From Octopus bimaculoides (Eukaryota), in the NCBI RefSeq assembly GCF_001194135.2, contig NC_069009.1, forward strand, positions 2,095,642 through 2,127,986: 32,345 nt of DNA, given 5' to 3'. Positions 21,681-32,345 of the stretch are shown here, piece by piece (position 1 is the stretch's first letter; every line of letters starts with the position of its first letter). Under the pieces are notes generated by a model. That model was not told where the DNA came from and searched no databases. It was given only the letters and a program-made list of their open reading frames with translations. The position numbers and the translations under genes are program-made.

Positions 21681-21719
21681 CGGCCAATTGAAAATTCCAG
21701 TGAAAAATGACCCCACTCT

Positions 21720-22780
21720 GCGTTCTCGCTTGAAGAGTAAAGTCTTTCTAGCATGGAAGATTGTCTTTATCCTGTGTGCTGATTTCTATGAATGCGCTTG
21801 CGAAGGTAAGGGCTTTATCTAGCAGTTCTTTGGAGATAGAAGCATAAAAATCGACAATATCGAACTGTGTGAATCTCGTTTTATTCTTATTCTTAATAGC
21901 TTTAACCCTTTAGCATTTAAACCGGCCATATCCGGCCAAAAGTATTCTGCCTGTTTTTTGTTCAAACTGGCCAGACCTGGTCTCTCACACCAACCTTATA
22001 ATATTGTTTTAAAAATTAACAGCTACCTCATCGAAATCTCATAACTACAAGATAATGCATGATTAGTTCAAAACAATGTGGATGAAAAAGCATTAATTTT
22101 GGCAGAATAATGCAAACACTAAAGGGTTAAACCAGTCAAAGACTTCTATACTATTAGACCATTGTACTAACCTAGTGACATTCCTGACTTCCGCATTGAT
22201 TTTCCCTAAAATTTCTTTACTAATAATGCCAAGCTCTGATTTAGCTGGGTTAATAAGCCTACACTTAGGATTGGATAGGAAGTTCTTTTTATGGTCTTTG
22301 ATAGTTATAAAGGCCTCTTTTTGAGGAGGACCTCTATTTAAAAAAATTTTTTTTATCTAATTTGAGTCTGGTGGCAATATTGCTAGCTTCTTTATTAATA
22401 TCGTTATAGGTTTGTGGTGTAGCTTTGGTGTAATTGTTGATGATGCTGTTATGTAGGAGTCGTGAATATGTGCTGTTCTCTACTAAGTATAAGTTCTTGG
22501 TTTTGTCGGAAAAAAGTGCCTTTTGTTTGGAATTTTTTATGTGTTTAATGTCTTTTTTCAGTTTCTGTTGGAAAGTNNNNNNNNNNCTGTAGTGTCCTCT
22601 TCCATATTATAAAAGAAAGCTTTCCACCTCATGCGCTTAATGAGGTCTGTAATTTTCTCCAAAAGTTTCTTAGAGTATAGTTCCCTTGATGGTATCGGTA
22701 TGTTTTTTTATAGAATAATCAATGTAGCAGGCGTCCATATTTAATTCTTCTGTGGGGCAGAGTCCTCAACCGATTTCTGG
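21720..22780 (-). mobile_element. Decayed Penelope-like element (PLE) ORF: N-terminus and first part of the RT
   Basis: Frameshifted peptides NIPIPSRELYSKKLLEKITDLIKRMRWKAFFY, FQQKLKKDIKHIKNSK..DKTKNLY, KEAFITIKDHKKNFLSNPKCRLINPAKSELG and QWSNSIEVFDWFKAIKNKNKTRFTQFDIVDFY resemble recalled PLE RT motifs. Confidence 0.85.
21906..22126. mobile_element. piggyBac-type MITE (221 bp) with TTAA target-site duplication, inserted in the PLE ORF
   Basis: TTAA-CCCTTTAG...CTAAAGGG-TTAA; removing the MITE plus one TTAA restores ...VFDWFKAIKNK... in the PLE RT. Confidence 0.88.
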
Positions 22781-23104
22781 CGATTTTCCAAAAATAAGCT
22801 GTATTAGCCCTTACGGAAAAAAGCGGTGTACAGGAGGTATATTCGTTCAGGTGTCTTGAGTGGTGTTGTAATCTCGTTATATCCTGTGATTAGTAGTGCT
22901 GTGTGGTCCATTGCTATTTGTCTGTCCTATTATAGGTTCTCATGTTCTTACTTCTGTTTGTCCTAGTCTTATGGTTGGGGTCACTCTTATGCAGGTTTTG
23001 ATCATTGGCACCTTTGGGCACATGTCTTCTACCATAGCCTTGGGCCGACCAAAGCCTTGAGTCGTTTTGATAGATGGAAACTGAAAGAAGTTCGTCGCAT
23101 ATAT

Positions 23105-23332
23105 GTGTTATTTCTTTACTACCCACAAGGGGCTACACATAGAGGGGACAAACAAAGACAGACAAACGAATTAAGTCGATTATATCGACCCCAGTGCGTA
23201 ACTGGTACTTATTTAATCGACCCCGAAAGGATGAAAGGCAAAGTAGACCTTGGCGGAATTTGATCTCAGAACGTAGCGGCAGACAAAAGACCGCTAAGCA
23301 TTTCACCTGGCGTGCTAACGTTTCTGCCATCT
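23105..23332 (-). mobile_element. SINE family E nested in a family C copy
   Basis: Flanked by duplicated tcgtcgcatatat; family C sequence lies on both sides. Confidence 0.82.
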
Positions 23333-23962
23333 CGTCGCATATATATGTGTGTCTGTCTCACACCACCACTTGACAACCAGTGATGGGGTGTTTACGTCCC
23401 TGTAACTTTAGCAGTTCAGGTTTAAAAAGCAGTACTGGGGTTGATTAGTTCAAATAAAATCCCCCCAAGGCAGTACCCTGGCATGGCCAGTGTCATGACT
23501 GAATCAAGTAAAAGATAAAAGAAATAGGGACAGGTGTGGCTGTGTGGCAAGTAGTTTATTTCTCAACTGCACGGTTCTGGTTTCAGTCCCATTATGTGGC
23601 ATCTTGGGTAAATGTCTTCTATTAAATTCCAGTTCTGAAACTCTCAGCAAATGCAATCATATGAACAAAAATTTCTTTTAGCGAAGTGGAAGGTATCACC
23701 CTCTCTGGTGGATTATTCTACAATGAGAAAATAAAAAGGGCGTCAGAGGGGCCATGCATACCCTGCGTGCACAAAAGGATAAAATGAAATTCAATTTGAT
23801 AAATATATTCTCAGACGAATTCAGATTTCAACAAAATGACATCAAGAGTTATTTCCCCTGCTTATCAGTTATGCACATATATATCTATAATTAGAAATAT
23901 AATATTTCTAAATCTCCCAGAGAGATTTAAGCAGTAGTGGAGCGATAAAGTTGTAGTATATT

Positions 23963-24263
23963 GTCAACTTAATGTGACAATCCCAATAAGGGAACACAGT
24001 GAATAAACTTCACTATGATTATATAAGTTTGCGAGAGCTAAACAGGCTTCTTTAACCAGCTGGCAAGCTACTTCAGGCTGATGACGAGCAAAGACTCAGA
24101 AACATGTCCCTGAATGCTGGCTAGGCTGGGTGGAAGAGCTTGTCTTCTCCTCGCAAACTTAAGGACACAGTAATTGTGTCAAGGCCGACAGGAAGCGGTC
24201 CAGCTTCCTAGGACTAAACGGCAGTAGTGTGTTCCCTTCTTGGGATTGTCACATTAAGTTGAC
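23963..24263. mobile_element. ~300-bp fold-back element with 35-bp terminal inverted repeats carrying a hammerhead motif
   Basis: 23963-23997 versus 24229-24263 match as reverse complements at 34/35 positions; inner 12-bp inverted repeat 24024-24035/24150-24161; right end abuts a gap. Confidence 0.75.
24072..24114 (+). ncRNA. Minimal type I hammerhead ribozyme motif
   Basis: Stem I UUCAGG/CCUGAA; core CUGAUGA (24078-24084); stem II GAG/CUC; GAAA (24099-24102); palindromic ACAUGU stem III; GUC cleavage triplet (cut after 24108). The C/A closing pair of stem II is imperfect. Confidence 0.75.
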
Positions 24264-24819
24264 NNNNNNNNNNNNNNNNNNNNNNNNNNNNNNNNNNNNN
24301 NNNNNNNNNNNNNNNNNNNNNNNNNNNNNNNNNNNNNNNNNNNNNNNNNNNNNNNNNNNNNNNNNNNNNNNNNNNNNNNNNNNNNNNNNNNNNNNNNNNN
24401 NNNNNNNNNNNNNNNNNNNNNNNNNNNNNNNNNNNNNNNNNNNNNNNNNNNNNNNNNNNNNNNNNNNNNNNNNNNNNNNNNNNNNNNNNNNNNNNNNNNN
24501 NNNNNNNNNNNNNNNNNNNNNNNNNNNNNNNNNNNNNNNNNNNNNNNNNNNNNNNNNNNNNNNNNNNNNNNNNNNNNNNNNNNNNNNNNNNNNNNNNNNN
24601 NNNNNNNNNNNNNNNNNNNNNNNNNNNNNNNNNNNNNNNNNNNNNNNNNNNNNNNNNNNNNNNNNNNNNNNNNNNNNNNNNNNATGCAGCACAGAATTTT
24701 GTCTGTGAACACGTCGCGGTCACAAAGCGACGAAAATATTTTGACAGATTAAATTTAAATGTTGAAGTTTTTGTGTGTTATTGTAAATGGCTTATAAACA
24801 CCTTCCACGCTGCAATTGT

Positions 24820-24983
24820 TTATATATACATATATATATATATATACATATATATATTTATACATATATAGATATACATATATACATATACATATATACA
24901 TATACATATATATATATATACATATACATATATACATATACATATATATATATACATATACATATATACATATACATATACAT

Positions 24984-25070
<87 letters not shown>

Positions 25071-25077
25071 TATATAC

Positions 25078-25108
<31 letters not shown>
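24820..25108. repeat. (TA)/(TACA) microsatellite
   Basis: Direct reading of the sequence. Confidence 0.97.
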
Positions 25109-25912
25109 ACAAAAAGAAAGAAAAAACATTTTGATTCACCTGTCTGCCATTTTTGAAGATAATCAAACCAAAATAATGAGTTTGAGCCCCTCGCCCAATG
25201 TGTATTTCTGCCAAATTTGGTGAAAATCTGTTCAGCCGTTTTCCAGTAATTTTGCAAACACACAGACAAAGACGACCTATTGTATAATACCCTGCTTTTG
25301 CTTACGCGTGCAAGGTAACTAGCTTAATGATGGCTTTATCGTCAAAGGGGGCATAACTCTAATTTTCTTGCCTTTTTATTCACCCTTCCACTTTTTCCAT
25401 CAACCTTTTTCTCATTTCGTGGTCCTAATTTGCAAATTGAATAGGCCATGTATTCAGAGCCCGAGATTGCTTGGAGACAGGTTATAAAAACCTGTCTAAA
25501 CCTGTGTCTCCAATGTCTTTATATTGTGTACATTAAATGAGGTACATATCGCTGCTATTACGTTAAACTGTATGTCCAAATGCGGTTTTTTTTTCCAATA
25601 TTTATTTTTGCTTGCAATAGCCGGGTCTTTTGGTCAAACTATCGTATCTCCAGCTGCTTCAGATGCCAAGATATCAAAAATTATCGAAGAGGTAGTACAA
25701 CGATTTTGCTGAGGGATGGTGAAACTAATTTTTGGTTTTCTGGAAAAAAAAAGCAACGTTTTGGACATTTTTGCATAATAGCAGCAATATATATAATCAT
25801 TAATTGCTTACTTGTTTCAGCAATTAGACTGTGGCCATGCTGGGGCACTACCTTGAAGAATTTTAGTTGAATGAATACACAACATTTTTTTTTAAAGCCT
25901 GCTACTTATTCT

Positions 25913-26139
25913 TATGTTTTTATTGCTCACAAGGGGCTAAACATAGAGGGGACAAACAAAGGGATTAAGTCGATTATATCGACTCTAGTGCGTAACTGGT
26001 ACTTAATTTATTGACCCCGAAAGGATGAAAGGCAAAGTCGACCTCGGCGGAATTTGAACTCAGAACGTAACGGCAGATGAAATACCGCTAAGCATTTCGC
26101 CCGGCGTGCTAACGTTTCTGCCAGCTCGCCGCCTTTAGT
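25913..26139 (-). mobile_element. tRNA-derived SINE family E with 17-bp TSD
   Basis: agcctgctacttattct is duplicated at 25896-25912 and 26140-26156; head ggcggcgagctggcagaaacg..gagttcaaattcc. Confidence 0.88.
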
Positions 26140-26410
26140 AGCCTGCTACTTATTCTATCGATCTATTTTGTTGAACCGTTAAGTTACGGAGACATACATA
26201 CACCAACACCAGTTGTCGAGTGGTAGTGAAGGATAAACACACACACATATATATATATATTTGATGAGCTTCTTTCAGTTTTCATCTACCAAATCCATTC
26301 ACAAGGCTTTTATATTTATATATATTGTGTATGTGGGTTTGTCCACCCACCACCACTGCTTGACAACTTAGTGGCTCAACAAAACAAACTGATAAAATAA
26401 GGGTCCAGAT

Positions 26411-26787
26411 GGTCTATACGTAATCTGAACCTTTCCCCCCTTATTTTTTTTTGTTTTTTTTTTACGGAATCCCACGTTTTAGGCTATGGAGATTCCGATT
26501 CTGAAAAAAAATTTTCAAACATCTCAATTTCAAAATTTCGATCCCCCCACCCCGGTTTTTATATAGATCCACAGGGTAAACCTAACCCTAACCCTGACCG
26601 TAACCCTAGTTTTGTGAGATTTGGCTGTTATTTCTAGCATGTAAATAGCCTGCTTGGTGGAGGGGGGGGGGATTGAAATTTTTCAAACAATTTTTTTTCA
26701 GAATCGGAATCTCCATAGCCTAAAACGTGGGATTCCGTAAAAAAATTAATAAATAAGGGGGGAAAAGGTTCAGATTACATATAGTCC
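26411..26787. mobile_element. Fold-back/MITE with ~100-bp imperfect TIRs and an internal (TAACCC)n-like tract
   Basis: ctatacgtaatctgaacc...ggaatcccacgttttaggctatggagattccgattctgaaaaaaa is mirrored at 26690-26784; cctaaccctaaccctgaccgtaacccta at ~26581-26608. Confidence 0.8.
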
Positions 26788-27415
26788 GTCTCCGCCAAAA
26801 TAAGAACCAGGCATTAAAATGAATAAATACAGGAGTTGATTTGTTCGGCTAAACACTTCAAAGCAGTACTCCAGCATGGCCGCAGTCTAATGACTGAAAC
26901 AACCAAAAGAAATAAAAGAAAACCTATCTCACCTCGAATGGGACATCGACTTCAAACTTCTTTTCCAGTTTCCAGTTTGAATTGAACCCTTGTCAAACAC
27001 AAGCTTCAATTTCTCGTTCTCTCTGTTGCCACCATCACCAAGGGACATCAACTTGCAGTTTCGTCCCATGTTCTTCTTCGCTGTTTCCATTCTGGATCGA
27101 ACCCGTGTTACAAGCTTAAACTTGTCCTCTGTCGTCACCACCACCACCACCAAGAAGGTTCACGACCAATATCATAACAGAAGGGGTTAGCCCCTAGTCT
27201 CTTTATTTGTCACAGCAAGACCATCATATCTATTAGTTCTCCGTGTCCACATAAAGGTGCCAAATTTCTACGGCTATTACCTTTAAAAATCTCATCCCTC
27301 TGAGGTCCGCAGGGGAATAAATCCCAGAATCCAAGCCGGTCCTTAAAAAATTCCTGGACAGACACAGCCGTCTTCTCTTCTGCCTGTGGTCGTGTCCTGC
27401 ATAAACTTCTAAACC

Positions 27416-28339
27416 TTACAAGAACATGTCTTCGAAGTAGGACTCGAATTCTTCGTTCCTACTCTTCGCAACTTCCACTTTAGCCGGGCCCTGCCACACA
27501 GAAGAGGAACCACAACCGGAATNNNNNNNNNNNNNNNNNNNNNNNNNNNNNNNNNNNNNNNNNNNNNNNNNNNNNNNNNNNNNNNNNNNNNNNNNNNNNN
27601 NNNNNNNNNNNNNNNNNNNNNNNNNNNNNNNNNNNNNNNNNNNNNNNNNNNNNNNNNNNNNNNNNNNNNNNNNNNNNNNNNNNNNNNNNNNNNNNNNNNN
27701 NNNNNNNNNNNNNNNNNNNNNNNNNNNNNNNNNNNNNNNNNNNNNNNNNNNNNNNNNNNNNNNNNNNNNNNNNNNNNNNNNNNNNNNNNNNNNNNNNNNN
27801 NNNNNNNNNNNNNNNNNNNNNNNNNNNNNNNNNNNNNNNNNNNNNNNNNNNNNNNNNNNNNNNNNNNNNNNNNNNNNNNNNNNNNNNNNNNNNNNNNNNN
27901 NNNNNNNNNNNNNNNNNNNNNNNNNNNNNNNNNNNNNNNNNNNNNNNNNNNNNNNNNNNNNNNNNNNNNAGTAGGTCAAGTAATCGTTGATGAACTTCTT
28001 GTGCCTCGAATAGGCGTCCATGCTGACGATCTTGAAGCGGTGGAGACGAGATAACTCGGCAGAGCGCTCATTGTACAAATGCTGTTTCTTCTGGCCGAAA
28101 CCGTCTTCGCGCCTCTGCAGTTTCCCTTCCAAGTGGCGGCTGGACTTCGGGCGTTTCCGCCGTCGTTTCTTCGCCTTCGTAGACGGACGCGAAAGCGAAG
28201 CGCCCGCTTCGTCCGAGTCGCGCCTATCGTCGTCCGCTGCTGACCGTCGTGTGTTTCCGCTAATCTCCGGATCACTGTCGAAATCGGAATCGTAATAGCT
28301 CCCGCGATGAACTTTCACAAAGTTTGTCTTTTCCGACAT
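27416..28339 (-). CDS. FRA10AC1: FRA10AC1 homolog; middle hidden by gap 27523-27969
   Basis: The N-terminal part has YDSDFDSD and RFKIVSMDAYSRHKKFINDYLTY (recalled human: GYDSDFSD, RFHLIAMDAYQRHTKFVNDYILY). The C-terminus VWQGPAKVEVAKSRNEEFESYFEDMFL* matches recalled human LWKGP...KSQEEEFDEYFQDLFL*. Confidence 0.92.
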   Translation of the reverse strand: MSEKTNFVKVHRGSYYDSDFDSDPEISGNTRRSAADDDRRDSDEAGASLSRPSTKAKKRRRKRPKSSRHLEGKLQRREDGFGQKKQHLYNERSAELSRLHRFKIVSMDAYSRHKKFINDYLTYXXXXXXXXXXXXXXXXXXXXXXXXXXXXXXXXXXXXXXXXXXXXXXXXXXXXXXXXXXXXXXXXXXXXXXXXXXXXXXXXXXXXXXXXXXXXXXXXXXXXXXXXXXXXXXXXXXXXXXXXXXXXXXXXXXXXXXXXXXXXXXXXXXXXXXSGCGSSSVWQGPAKVEVAKSRNEEFESYFEDMFL

Positions 28340-29364
28340 TTTTTTTTTCCTTCTTTCAGTTCAAAATAAATCAAATAAAAACAGATTCTTCCGGATAATT
28401 CTCCAATTTATGGTTAAACAGAATTTATATCTAGATGTAGAGTGAGGGCAAAATCTCTGTTAGTACATCAGGATAACAATATTATTTAAATTAGTAAAAA
28501 AAAACTCAGCCTATTCATATGGCAGGGTCCGAGGTCACAGTTCATTATATTGTAAATCCATGGTAACCCTCCAATTATACTGGGTTTTCAATAGATTGAT
28601 ACACTAGGCAATGCCTTGTTTTGTATATGTCTATATATATTTAGATGCTGTTCATTAATTGTGTTGTTAAATCGCAGTTTCCAGAAGTATGTTGTATATG
28701 TTGTATGTATATATATAATTATAAAGTATGTTGCATGGTTATAGAGTATGTAAAGTGTGTGTGTGTGTGTGTGTGATGTATTTTGAAATATGTATGTCTT
28801 AATAAAATTATACAGTACGTTGTACGTGTATAAGGTATGTAATGTGTGTGCGTGTGTATGTATGTATATAAATTAATGTAATAAGTTATAAGGTATGTAA
28901 TGTGTGTATATATGTATGTATATAAATTAATGTAATAAGGTATTTAGCGTGTGTATATATATATAGATATATATATAGTATGTTGTATGTGCATATATGT
29001 AATGTGTGTGCGTGTGTGTATATATATATAAATATATATAGATATATAAACTAATGTAATGTGTGTATAAGTTGCTCTCAAAACAAAATGTCCTGCTGTA
29101 GAAGCTATTATGTTTGTGTTTGGCCTGTCTATATATTCTAAGAATGTATATAAAGGCGCCGAACGAGCAACGTTGGAAATATTTTTCCCTCGGAAACAAA
29201 GGAAGTCAGATGCAGTTATTCCTCGTTGGTTAGTGTCACCGGTGTCGACTAAACAACAGTACCCGTTTACGTGATGGACCGGACTGGCTTCGTATGTCGC
29301 TTTCCATAAATATAGCTGTGTACAATTACCACCAATTAGGCTTCCAATGTTATTATAGGATCGG

Positions 29365-29687
29365 TGGAGGCGCAATCCAGTGGTTAGGGCAGCAGACTCG
29401 CGGTCATAGGATCGCGCCACGAGGCTCGGGCAGGGGATGGTGGCGAACCCTGCTGTACTCTTTCACCACCACTTTCTCTCACTCTTACTTCCTGTTTCTG
29501 TTGTGCCTGTAATTCAAAGGGTCAGCCTTGTCACACTCTGTGTCACGCTGAATATCCCCGAGAACTTCGTTAAGGGTACACGTGTCTGTGGAGTGCTCAG
29601 CCACTTGCACGTTAATTTCACGAGCAGGCTGTTCTGTTGATCGGATCAACTGGAACCCTCGACGTCGTAAGCGACGGAGTACCAACA
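29365..29687 (+). mobile_element. SINE family A with internal deletion of the B-box region
   Basis: The head jumps from gatcgcg to ccacgaggctc; the remainder matches family A. Confidence 0.82.
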
Positions 29688-30265
29688 GGACTCCCTGAGA
29701 GAATCTATCGTTTAATCAGGGCAGATAAAGTCTGCTNNNNNNNNNNNNNNNNNNNNNNNNNNNNNNNNNNNNNNNNNNNNNNNNNNNNNNNNNNNNNNNN
29801 NNNNNNNNNNNNNNNNNNNNNNNNNNNNNNNNNNNNNNNNNNNNNNNNNNNNNNNNNNNNNNNNNNNNNNNNNNNNNNNNNNNNNNNNNNNNNNNNNNNN
29901 NNNNNNNNNNNNNNNNNNNNNNNNNNNNNNNNNNNNNNNNNNNNNNNNNNNNNNNNNNNNNNNNNNNNNNNNNNNNNNNNNNNNNNNNNNNNNNNNNNNN
30001 NNNNNNNNNNNNNNNNNNNNNNNNNNNNNNNNNNNNNNNNNNNNNNNNNNNNNNNNNNNNNNNNNNNNNNNNNNNNNNNNNNNNNNNNNNNNNNNNNNNN
30101 NNNNNCCACCACCACCACCATTTTCTCCCGAATTTGTTTATTAAAAATTTTTTTTCTTTTTTGCCAAAAATCCCAGTTTTCGGACACGGAAGTTCCGGAA
30201 AATTGCCCAAAATCAACATTGTGAAATTTCCGCCCCAACTTCTTCAATTTTGACTTTTTTCTCCA

Positions 30266-30330
30266 ACACTAACCCTAACTCTAAAATCCTAACCTTAACC
30301 CTAACCCTAATTCTAAAACTCTAACCCTTA
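30266..30330. repeat. Degenerate interstitial (TAACCC)n telomere-like tract
   Basis: ctaaccctaactctaaaatcctaaccttaaccctaaccctaattctaaaactctaaccct. Confidence 0.8.
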
Positions 30331-30879
30331 AATTAAGTACCAGTTACACACTGGGGATCAATGTAATCGATTTAATCCCTTTGTCTGTCCTTGTTTGTCC
30401 CCTCTATGTTTAGCCCTTTGTGAGCAATAAAGAAATAAGTACAGCATGTTGCCAAAGGTCTCAGTTATTTGTCATTGCCTCTGTGAGACCCAGCACTCGA
30501 AAGGTGCTTTTTACGTGCCACCAGCATGGGTGCTAGTTATTATTATTAGCCAAGTGGTGAGCTAGCACAATCATCAGTCAAATGCTGGGGTCAATGTAAT
30601 CGACTAGCCCCCTTCCCCCAAATTCCAGGCCTTGTGCCTATTGTAGAAAGGATTATTGTTATTATAAGCATCATTATTAATGTGGTGAAATGGCAGAATC
30701 ATTAGCACACTAGATAAAATCCTCAGCAGTATTTTGTCTGCATCTACATTCTGAGTTCAAATTCTGTCAAGGTCAACTTTGCTTTTTATCATTTTTAACT
30801 CGATAAAATAAGTACCAGTTGAGCGCTGGGGTCTAATGCAATCAACTTACCCCTCCCTTGAAATTAATGGCCTTGTACC

Positions 30880-31262
30880 AACATTTGAAACCAAGCTTGC
30901 GAAGACTTATTGGGGTAAGCGAAAGCAAAATCGGGACAGCACCTGTGCCCAGTGTCGCCTTTCTGGCACTTGTACCCATGACATGTGTAAGGATTTTCGA
31001 GCGAGATCGTTGCCAGTGCCCCTGGACTGGCTCTTGTGCGGGTGGAACATAAAATATACCATTTAGAGCGTGGCCGTTGCCAGTACCACCTGACTGGCCT
31101 TCGTACGGGTGACACGTAAAAGCACCCACTACACTCTCTGAGTGGTTGGCGTTAGGAAGGGCATCCAGCTGTAGAAACTCTGCCAAATCAGATTGGAGCC
31201 TGGTGTAGCCATCTGGTTTCCCCAGTCCTCAGTCAAATCGTCCAACCCATGCTAGCATGGGT
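30880..31262 (+). mobile_element. Family B retroposon, longer copy (5' part also at 3046-3237)
   Basis: ttgcgaagac..cacctgtgcccagtgtcgcc..gagatcgttgccagtgcc is shared with 3046-3237; the 3' part is shared with the other B copies. Confidence 0.75.
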
Positions 31263-31657
31263 GTATATATACATTCACACACGTATAGGAAGAGAATGAG
31301 AGAGAAAAAGATTGAAGAAGAGAAGTAGGCAAAGAGAGTGGGGTGGGGGCGCAAGAAAGGGAAACATAGAATGAAATTCTGCTGTTACATTGCGATTATT
31401 TACAGTTGTTCAAAAGCGACCTGTCATAGCAGATAGATGTGTTATGAAGTGTCAAAATGAACATAGGGACATGTCCTTGGCAGGGATGCGAAAATAAAAC
31501 ATGGGGAGGGATAAGGGTGTTTTGACATGCAATGTGTGTGAGTATGCGGAGGAAGGTGAAAATGATAATGTGTGTGTGTGTGTGTGAGAGTGTGCATGTT
31601 TGTGTGTGTGTGTGTGTTTGTGAATGGGTGCAGTCTAATGACAGAAACAAATACTAG

Positions 31658-31699
<42 letters not shown>

Positions 31700-32136
31700 G
31701 AGAGGAAGAGAGATAGAAAGATAGATAGACAGAGATTATAAAGATATATACAGATATGTATATGTAGATAGATTGATACATAAGGATAAATATATATACG
31801 TGTGTGTGTATGTGTGATATTTATTTCTCTCTATGCATGGAGCCCTTTTGGGAGTACTCAAGTCTAAACATGCAATTATGAAATTAGTTTCACTACAAAT
31901 CTAATAAGCTGACCTGCCAATTTTTGTTATTCCAGATTGAAGGAAATGGCTGTACCAGTACTTTGAACATGTTCTACTAAATAGTGATTGTCACAGTTGA
32001 CTAGTTTACAGAATTCAAATGGAATGCGAAGACAATTTGGAAACTTACTATGCGATAAAGTTTTGTGTTAAACCAAGCAAAAACGTTACGGATATTTTAA
32101 AGAATGCTCCACGCTTTAAAATATGCTCCAGGCGCA

Positions 32137-32296
32137 GGAGTGGCTGTGTGGTAAGTAGCTTGCTTACCAACCACATGGTTCTGGGTTCAGTCTCACTGCG
32201 TGGTACCTTGGGCAAGTGTCTTCTTCTATAACCTCGGGCTGACCAAAGCTTTGTGAGTGGATTTGGTAGACGGAAACTGAAAGAAGCCCGTCGTAT
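32137..32296 (+). mobile_element. SINE family C head and core
   Basis: Near-identical to the 2380 and 19516 copies. Confidence 0.8.
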
Positions 32297-32345
32297 ATAT
32301 ATATATATATATATGAAACCAGATGGCTACACCAGGCTCCACTCT

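Noticed and set aside
25524-25712. Short ORF with a signal-peptide-like stretch (MSKCGFFFQYLFLLAIAGSFG)
   Set aside because: The hydrophobicity derives largely from T-rich sequence; no supporting exons or homology.
26929-27190. Short ORFs on both strands downstream of FRA10AC1
   Set aside because: No recognisable homology; they include a (GGT)n tract and probably lie in the 3'UTR or intergenic DNA.

Overview
Draft-quality eukaryotic genomic DNA with many N gaps. It is most likely a cephalopod (Octopus-like); this is inferred from the dense (TA)/(CA)/(GATA) microsatellites and the tRNA-derived SINE families. Two host genes are well supported. (1) A five-coding-exon + strand gene (1473-7999) of the PRXL2A/FAM213A/SelU thioredoxin-fold family. 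It has an in-frame TGA at the first redox position (RRPG-U-SM-C, UxxC), so it is read as a selenoprotein. A 13-bp hairpin that forms only after splicing starts 8 nt after the UGA, and a non-canonical SECIS-like hairpin lies just after the stop. Its last exon adds a ~615-aa tail containing ten tandem 33-aa (3x11) amphipathic repeats resembling perilipin-4/LEA-type helices. (2) A FRA10AC1 homolog on the - strand (27416-28339), apparently intron-poor, with its middle in a gap. The rest is repeats and transposon debris: four SINE-like families, two decayed Penelope-like RT remnants, maT/mariner and Merlin remnants, a piggyBac-type MITE and fold-back elements. Two hammerhead-ribozyme motifs were found by eye, one at the tip of a ~300-nt self-complementary element. 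All structure and homology calls are by eye and from recalled family motifs; no searches or folding programs were run.
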